Shown in pieces: positions 53,874 through 58,262 of a stretch of 58,262 nt of DNA (the stretch's first letter is position 1; every line of letters begins with the position of its first letter). The notes beneath the pieces were generated by a model that was not told where the DNA came from, made no database searches, and saw only the letters and a program-made list of their open reading frames with translations. Location of the stretch: positions 1 to 58,262 of IMG/VR virus record IMGVR_UViG_3300043637_000004; one strand, written 5' to 3'. The DNA is from a virus. Taxonomy: Duplodnaviria; Caudoviricetes. The translations under genes and the position numbers were made by a program.

Positions 53874-54094
53874 AGGGGTTTCTCCTTCATTGGGTTGATG
53901 CCGGCCAGCCGCTTCTGCAGCTCCACGGCCACGGCCTCGTAGGCCGCTGCGACGTAGTTGGAAGCCTGGCGGGCCATGGCGTGCTTCTCCGCGTACTTGC
54001 GGGCGTTGCCGGCGAGGGCGCGCATGCGCACGGCCTCGGCTGCGATCATCTCGCGCGCCCACGGTGCGGCGCTGGTGGGCTCAAGTTGGATCAT
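53870..54094 (-). CDS. hypothetical protein
   Basis: Coupled ORF. Confidence 0.5.
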   Translation of the reverse strand: MIQLEPTSAAPWAREMIAAEAVRMRALAGNARKYAEKHAMARQASNYVAAAYEAVAVELQKRLAGINPMKEKPL

Positions 54095-54109
54095 GGGCGC
54101 GCTGACCGG

Positions 54110-54397
54110 TCAGCTTTCCAGGGGATCGTGCTCGGTGGGCGCGTCCTTGTACATCGTCACGAACTTTCCGTCCGGCCACTGCTTCTTGATGTTGGCGTAG
54201 AAGTAGGAGCCCTGCGACTCGGCGTTCTTGAAGGCTTCGAACTGCTCAGGCGTGAAGCCGGGGTAGTGGTAGGTCTTCTGGGCGTGGTTGCTGTTGAACT
54301 CCAGCGCCAGAGTCTGCGTGCCGGCGTCGTAGGCGTAGCCGTGGAGCTGGCTGCTGTCGGGGGTGAGGGTCAGCGGTAGGATGGTCGATTGGGGCAT
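54110..54397 (-). CDS. KTSC-domain protein
   Basis: SSQLHGYAYD...TLALEF...YHYPG.....F..AESQGSYF..NIK. Confidence 0.85.
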   Translation of the reverse strand: MPQSTILPLTLTPDSSQLHGYAYDAGTQTLALEFNSNHAQKTYHYPGFTPEQFEAFKNAESQGSYFYANIKKQWPDGKFVTMYKDAPTEHDPLES

Positions 54398-54497
54398 GGT
54401 TGGCTCCGGCGTGGTGGCTAGGTAGGTGTTGGGGCGGCCGGGTGGCTCTGTGCTTGTCCGGTCGTTCCTTGCGGTTCGCCGCGCCCCGTGGTTCAGA

Positions 54498-54881
54498 TCA
54501 GCGCAGCGCGTGCACGACGGCGCGGAAGATGAAGTCCTTCGCCTGCTGCTCGCGGGGCAGTTCGGCGAACTGGACCATGCAGGGATGCTGCTTCAGGTCT
54601 GGAGCCTTGACTGGTCCATAGGTCCAGCCGTCTTCGAGCTTCTGCTTCATCCAGCTGATGTGCGATGCCTCCGGCCCGAAGTCGCCGGAAAGGTGCAGGT
54701 CCACGCCCATGCGCGCGCTCTCGCGCTGCCATTGCGGCGCGTCTTCCCATGCCGGCTGGCTGTCGTCTCCCAGCGCCTGGCAGTAGGCGCGGTTCACCTC
54801 GTGGCACACGCGGGCGATGCGGTCCATATTCTCGCGCGGGTCTGCTTGGGCCGTGGGCCCGTTGTAGTCTTGGTCTGGCAT
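54498..54881 (-). CDS. RyR-domain protein
   Basis: SHISWMKQKLEDGWTYGPVK...KQHPCMVQFAELP.EQQAKD. Confidence 0.85.
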   Translation of the reverse strand: MPDQDYNGPTAQADPRENMDRIARVCHEVNRAYCQALGDDSQPAWEDAPQWQRESARMGVDLHLSGDFGPEASHISWMKQKLEDGWTYGPVKAPDLKQHPCMVQFAELPREQQAKDFIFRAVVHALR

Positions 54882-54932
54882 TCGGTTCTCCGTGGTGTTG
54901 CTGTGCCACCGCTCGTGGGCGGGTGGCGTGCC

Positions 54933-55361
54933 CTATTGATCTACGGATTGAGCATCACGGCCCAGCGATGTAGGCGACCATTGCACCCCCTTGCCATCAC
55001 CGAACGCATGAAGAAAATCTATCAATTCGGTCATCTCTGCAATGGTCATCTTGCTGGTTCGCTGGCCCAGCACGACGAACCCGCCGTCAATGCCAGGCAC
55101 CACGCGCTGCCGCTTCAGCGCCGCAGTCGCCATGTCCTTCCATGCTTCTTCGTCGAGCGACTGGCCGTGCCAATCAACCTGCTTGGCAACGTCGGCAAGG
55201 CACGACCACATGAGGCTGTTCTGAGCCGTGCTGCGCGTGTCTGACACAAGACTGACGCGTAGGCGCTTCCCATCAAGCAATTCACCCTTGGCGTGCTGCC
55301 ACAGTTCCAGCCACTTCGCATGGCCCTGCTTTGCGTTCGCGAGCGTGGCGCTGATTCTCAT
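54933..55361 (-). CDS. ninB: NinB/Orf-family recombination protein
   Basis: RSTAQNSLMW..L.DVAKQV.W...VPGIDGGFV.LG.RTSKM...EM.ELI. Confidence 0.88.
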   Translation of the reverse strand: MRISATLANAKQGHAKWLELWQHAKGELLDGKRLRVSLVSDTRSTAQNSLMWSCLADVAKQVDWHGQSLDEEAWKDMATAALKRQRVVPGIDGGFVVLGQRTSKMTIAEMTELIDFLHAFGDGKGVQWSPTSLGRDAQSVDQ

Positions 55362-55804
55362 GGCGCCACCTCCGCACCTAGCACGCTGGCCCGCACCAGC
55401 GCCAGCAGGTCCATCTCTGCTCCGTACAGCTTCTCGAACCGGGCTTTCCACGGATGCCGGCTGACCAGGCCGAGCGGCTGGCCGCCCTGGTGGTGCCCTG
55501 GATCGCACAGCGGCAGCGTGAACAGATGCCCGATGCGCCTGCCGCCGCGCAGGATGTGGTGCACCGCCGTCGGCCGCGGCTGCTGCCCGTCCAGCCGGCA
55601 GGCGATGCAGCCCAGCGACACGATGCTGGCCATCCACGCGGATTCTTCCGTGGTCGGAGTGCTCCGGCCGGTCCTGGACACCGGATCCTTCGGCGCGGCC
55701 ACCACGGCGCCGGTGGAGCGCGCCATCACGCCGCGCCCAGTGCCTTTCTTCGGCGCGGAGCGCACGCGCTGCAGCGTGGGGCGGGAGAAGCCGGTACGCT
55801 TCAC
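55358..55804 (-). CDS. Ref-like (RecA-dependent) HNH nuclease
   Basis: LGCIAC...AVHH...TLPLC..HH...FEKLYG.E..LL. Confidence 0.75.
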   Translation of the reverse strand: MKRTGFSRPTLQRVRSAPKKGTGRGVMARSTGAVVAAPKDPVSRTGRSTPTTEESAWMASIVSLGCIACRLDGQQPRPTAVHHILRGGRRIGHLFTLPLCDPGHHQGGQPLGLVSRHPWKARFEKLYGAEMDLLALVRASVLGAEVAP

Positions 55805-56019
55805 GACTTCGGCTCCAGGCACGCCATCTTCAGCTTCACGATGTCGCTGTCCCCGTTTGGCGGTGCCGAGAAGATGACGCGCCCCCGTTGCTTCTCTGCG
55901 GCGGCCCACCGCAGCATCGTCAGGGCTTCTTCGACCACCTGCTTGTTGGTCTTCAGGCCCAACGACTCGCGCAGGCGCTGCATGGTGTCGCCTGGAATGA
56001 CCAGATCAATGCGTTCCAT
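55801..56019 (-). CDS. small ribbon-helix-helix-like protein
   Basis: RIDLVI...QRLRESLGLKT..QVVEEAL. Confidence 0.55.
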   Translation of the reverse strand: MERIDLVIPGDTMQRLRESLGLKTNKQVVEEALTMLRWAAAEKQRGRVIFSAPPNGDSDIVKLKMACLEPKS

Positions 56020-57763
56020 CACGCCCCCTCATCTTCAGCACGTGCTCGGCCAGCGCTTCGAGGATCTTGTTCCGCTGGCTGGGGTAGAACAGCACCCCGC
56101 GGGCTCCGGCCGGTGGCGTGGGCTTGGCGATCCGCAGCGTCTCGGTGATGAACGCCTCGCTCATCGTGATGCCACTGCCGAGAGATGCGTTCAGGTCGCC
56201 CAGCTTCATCGTGGCTTCCTCCTTCGTGGCCGGCCACGGCGAGGCCGCTACGACGCGGCCCACATGGAAATGGCGGGCGGTGGTGACGGCGACAGGCACC
56301 TCAAGCTCCAGCGCGGGCTGTACAACCGGGGTTGCGGCCGGCGCCACGGCTTCGGCGGCCTGCTGGGCCAGCACTTCCGCGGCCTTGCGGGCATCCTCGC
56401 GGGCTTCCGAGGCCTTGCGCGCCGCCTCCGCGGCTTCGTCGGCCCGGCGGTTCTTCTCGGCCTCGGCGTCCTGGTGCGCCTTGATCCTCTGCTCGGCAAT
56501 GGCCTTGAAGTCGGCCACCGGCTTCGTGCCCAGGGCAGCGAAGTCGGCGAAGAGGAAGAACCAGTCGGTCCCGTCCACCTGAAGCGCCTTCCTGTTGTCG
56601 AACAACGTGGCGGCCACGTCGTTCAGCCGCAGCTTCTGGTTTGCCAGTTCCTGGGCGGCTGCGGCGCGTACGCTTTCCACGGTGCGCTTGCCCTTGATGG
56701 CCTCGCCGAACCCGCCCACGGCGCGCCCGATCCAGGCCGCGCCCAGGCGCTTGTTCAGGCCGGCCACGTGCTCGTCAAGTTGCTGCTGGTGCTCCTGCAC
56801 GAGCTCGACGCGGATAGACGCCTTGCGCTCGGTCACGAGCTTGTCCAGCGCCAGCCGCTTCGACCGCAGTTGCTCGGTGATGTGGTCCACCGTGCGGAAC
56901 AGCTCGTCGATGCTGGCCGTCTGCGCCAGCGCCTGATCCTTCACCAGCTTCAGCCGGTCCTCACCGTCCTGGCAGAACTTCACGGTCTGCGCGGCGTTGG
57001 CGAAGTCTTCGTCGGTCTTCAGGTCGGTCTTGATGCTGGCGATGAATCGCGTTGCCGCATCCTTGAACACGCCGATGTTGCTGCTGGTGACCTTGCCCTC
57101 CACGCGGATCATCAGCGCCGGCAGGGCCTCGATCACATCCACAACGGGGGCTGGCGGGGGCGGAGGCGCCGGCTGGTAGGTGGCCAAGTCGGCCTCAAAC
57201 TGCGCCCAGCCGGCCGCGATCTTGGCCGCCAGGTCCTTGTTCGGCTTGTACCAGCAGTGGCGCTCTTCCGACAGGTCGCTGTCGTCGGTCCACTCCGAGG
57301 CCATGAAAAGCACCTTGCTGCATCCGGACACCATGCACTGCTGCTCCATCTGCACTTGGTGGTGCAGCGGCAGGTCGGTTCCTTTGCAGCCCGGCTGCAT
57401 GATGGCGCGCAGTTCCTGGTTGAGGCGCTTGTGCTCGAATCCTACCGACTCGTCCATGGTCAGGCCGTCGTACGACGCCGACAGCCGGCCGGCGCTGCCG
57501 ACAACGGGGAAAAGTTCCTCCCCTAGGATTTCCTCGGCCAGCGGACGGGCCAGCGCCTCCCACTCGTGGCCCTTGTCCAGGATGCGCTCCTGCACGTAGT
57601 CGCTGAACTCGCGCGGCATGCCGGTGTGCACCTCGTGCATCAACTGCATCCGCGTCTTCGTCGGCGAGACGCCCAGCATGGCCGGGGCGTCACTTGCGTT
57701 CCAGTGCCGTGCCCTGTGGGAGGCCCACTCCGGCGACCCCTGGTCCAGTTGATGCGTGTCCAT
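56006..57763 (-). CDS. YqaJ / lambda-exonuclease-family nuclease with a long helical C-terminus
   Basis: QGSPEW..HR...NASDAPAMLG, GHEWEALAR, SASYDG, FEHK, QMEQQ. Confidence 0.9.
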   Translation of the reverse strand: MDTHQLDQGSPEWASHRARHWNASDAPAMLGVSPTKTRMQLMHEVHTGMPREFSDYVQERILDKGHEWEALARPLAEEILGEELFPVVGSAGRLSASYDGLTMDESVGFEHKRLNQELRAIMQPGCKGTDLPLHHQVQMEQQCMVSGCSKVLFMASEWTDDSDLSEERHCWYKPNKDLAAKIAAGWAQFEADLATYQPAPPPPPAPVVDVIEALPALMIRVEGKVTSSNIGVFKDAATRFIASIKTDLKTDEDFANAAQTVKFCQDGEDRLKLVKDQALAQTASIDELFRTVDHITEQLRSKRLALDKLVTERKASIRVELVQEHQQQLDEHVAGLNKRLGAAWIGRAVGGFGEAIKGKRTVESVRAAAAQELANQKLRLNDVAATLFDNRKALQVDGTDWFFLFADFAALGTKPVADFKAIAEQRIKAHQDAEAEKNRRADEAAEAARKASEAREDARKAAEVLAQQAAEAVAPAATPVVQPALELEVPVAVTTARHFHVGRVVAASPWPATKEEATMKLGDLNASLGSGITMSEAFITETLRIAKPTPPAGARGVLFYPSQRNKILEALAEHVLKMRGRDGTH

Positions 57764-58262
57764 CACACCACCCCAGCGCAACGCGCAATATCAACCGCAG
57801 CGTCTTCGTTCGATGCATTGAAATTCGGCGCTATCCGTCCCGTGCTGGCCTCGTAGATCAGCCGGCCCGCCTCCGCAGACCCAAGCATCGCTTCCAGCGC
57901 GTACCCCGCCTGACCCGCAAAATTGATCGCGTGCCCAGCCCGACAATGCGTCGTTTTGCAGGAGTGCCATTCGTTCATTTCGAGATAGCCAAACTGCGTC
58001 ACTTGGTGCATCTTAGAGTCCAAATCAGGCACGATCGGCACAACCATATCTTGCAAGGATTTAAGCCGGGCCAGGGCGCTGCCGCTGGCCGCGCCGAACA
58101 GCCGGGCCAGGTCGCTGCCGCTGGCCGCGCCGAACAGCCGGGCCAGGGCGCTGCCGCTGGCCGCGCCGAACAGCCGGGCCAGGTCGCTGCCGCTGGACGC
58201 GCCGATCAGCCGGGCCAGGTCGCTGCCGCTGGCCGCGCCGAACAGCCGGGCCAGGGCGCTGC
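57763..58262 (-). CDS. 3' part of the 12-aa repeat protein with a WHxCxTTHCRAG C-domain
   Basis: Repeats run into ARLKSLQDMVVPIVPDLD...LEMNEWHSCKTTHCRAGHA...; stop overlaps the YqaJ start. Confidence 0.75.
   Translation of the reverse strand, partial: SALARLFGAASGSDLARLIGASSGSDLARLFGAASGSALARLFGAASGSDLARLFGAASGSALARLKSLQDMVVPIVPDLDSKMHQVTQFGYLEMNEWHSCKTTHCRAGHAINFAGQAGYALEAMLGSAEAGRLIYEASTGRIAPNFNASNEDAAVDIARCAGVV
58064..58262. repeat. 36-bp tandem repeat, about 5.5 copies, same unit as at the window start
   Basis: Units start at 58072, 58108, 58144, 58180, 58216 and 58252. Confidence 0.95.

Noticed and set aside
55454-57526. Long antisense ORFs (this one, 25856-27454, 10725-12278 and others)
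   Set aside because: Typical high-GC shadow ORFs opposite clearly identified genes.
58149-58262. 114-bp end identity as a biological direct terminal repeat
   Set aside because: It lies inside a coding tandem repeat, so an assembly break or overlap is the simpler explanation.

Overview
The window looks like an essentially complete, circularly permuted genome of a high-GC tailed phage with P22/Sf6-like podovirus morphogenesis genes. The host is probably a betaproteobacterium (inferred from DnaB and general gene content). Both ends fall inside the same in-frame 36-bp tandem repeat, and one gene runs across the join between the ERF and YqaJ recombination genes. Layout: leftward recombination/accessory operon (1628->1 continuing 58262->47718: ERF, 12-aa repeat protein, YqaJ exonuclease, Ref-like nuclease, NinB, RyR-domain, KTSC, cupin, TrpF-like, two tRNAs); rightward replication operon (1769-12077: HTH, methyltransferase, HNH, DUF5131, replication/loader protein, DnaB, RusA, C5-MTase); a divergent block of small early genes (12.2-20.6 kb); then terminases, portal, a long fibre, scaffold, P22-type coat, tail adaptor and hub, ejection proteins, a second fibre and a lysis cassette (22.5-47.7 kb). 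I could not recognise an integrase or a CI-type repressor. Strongest unusual signals: (1) four related sigma54-type promoters, each with a phased array of G(A/C)C-N7-GTC palindromes upstream, which suggests use or titration of a host enhancer-binding protein; (2) a split gp10-like tail hub whose N-terminal ~50 aa is fused to a LamG-like domain; (3) an ejection protein built of cassettes bounded by [FY]xDGGPV motifs; (4) an HNH gene that has captured the start of the DUF5131 gene. All calls come from motif recognition by eye; no database searches were run.
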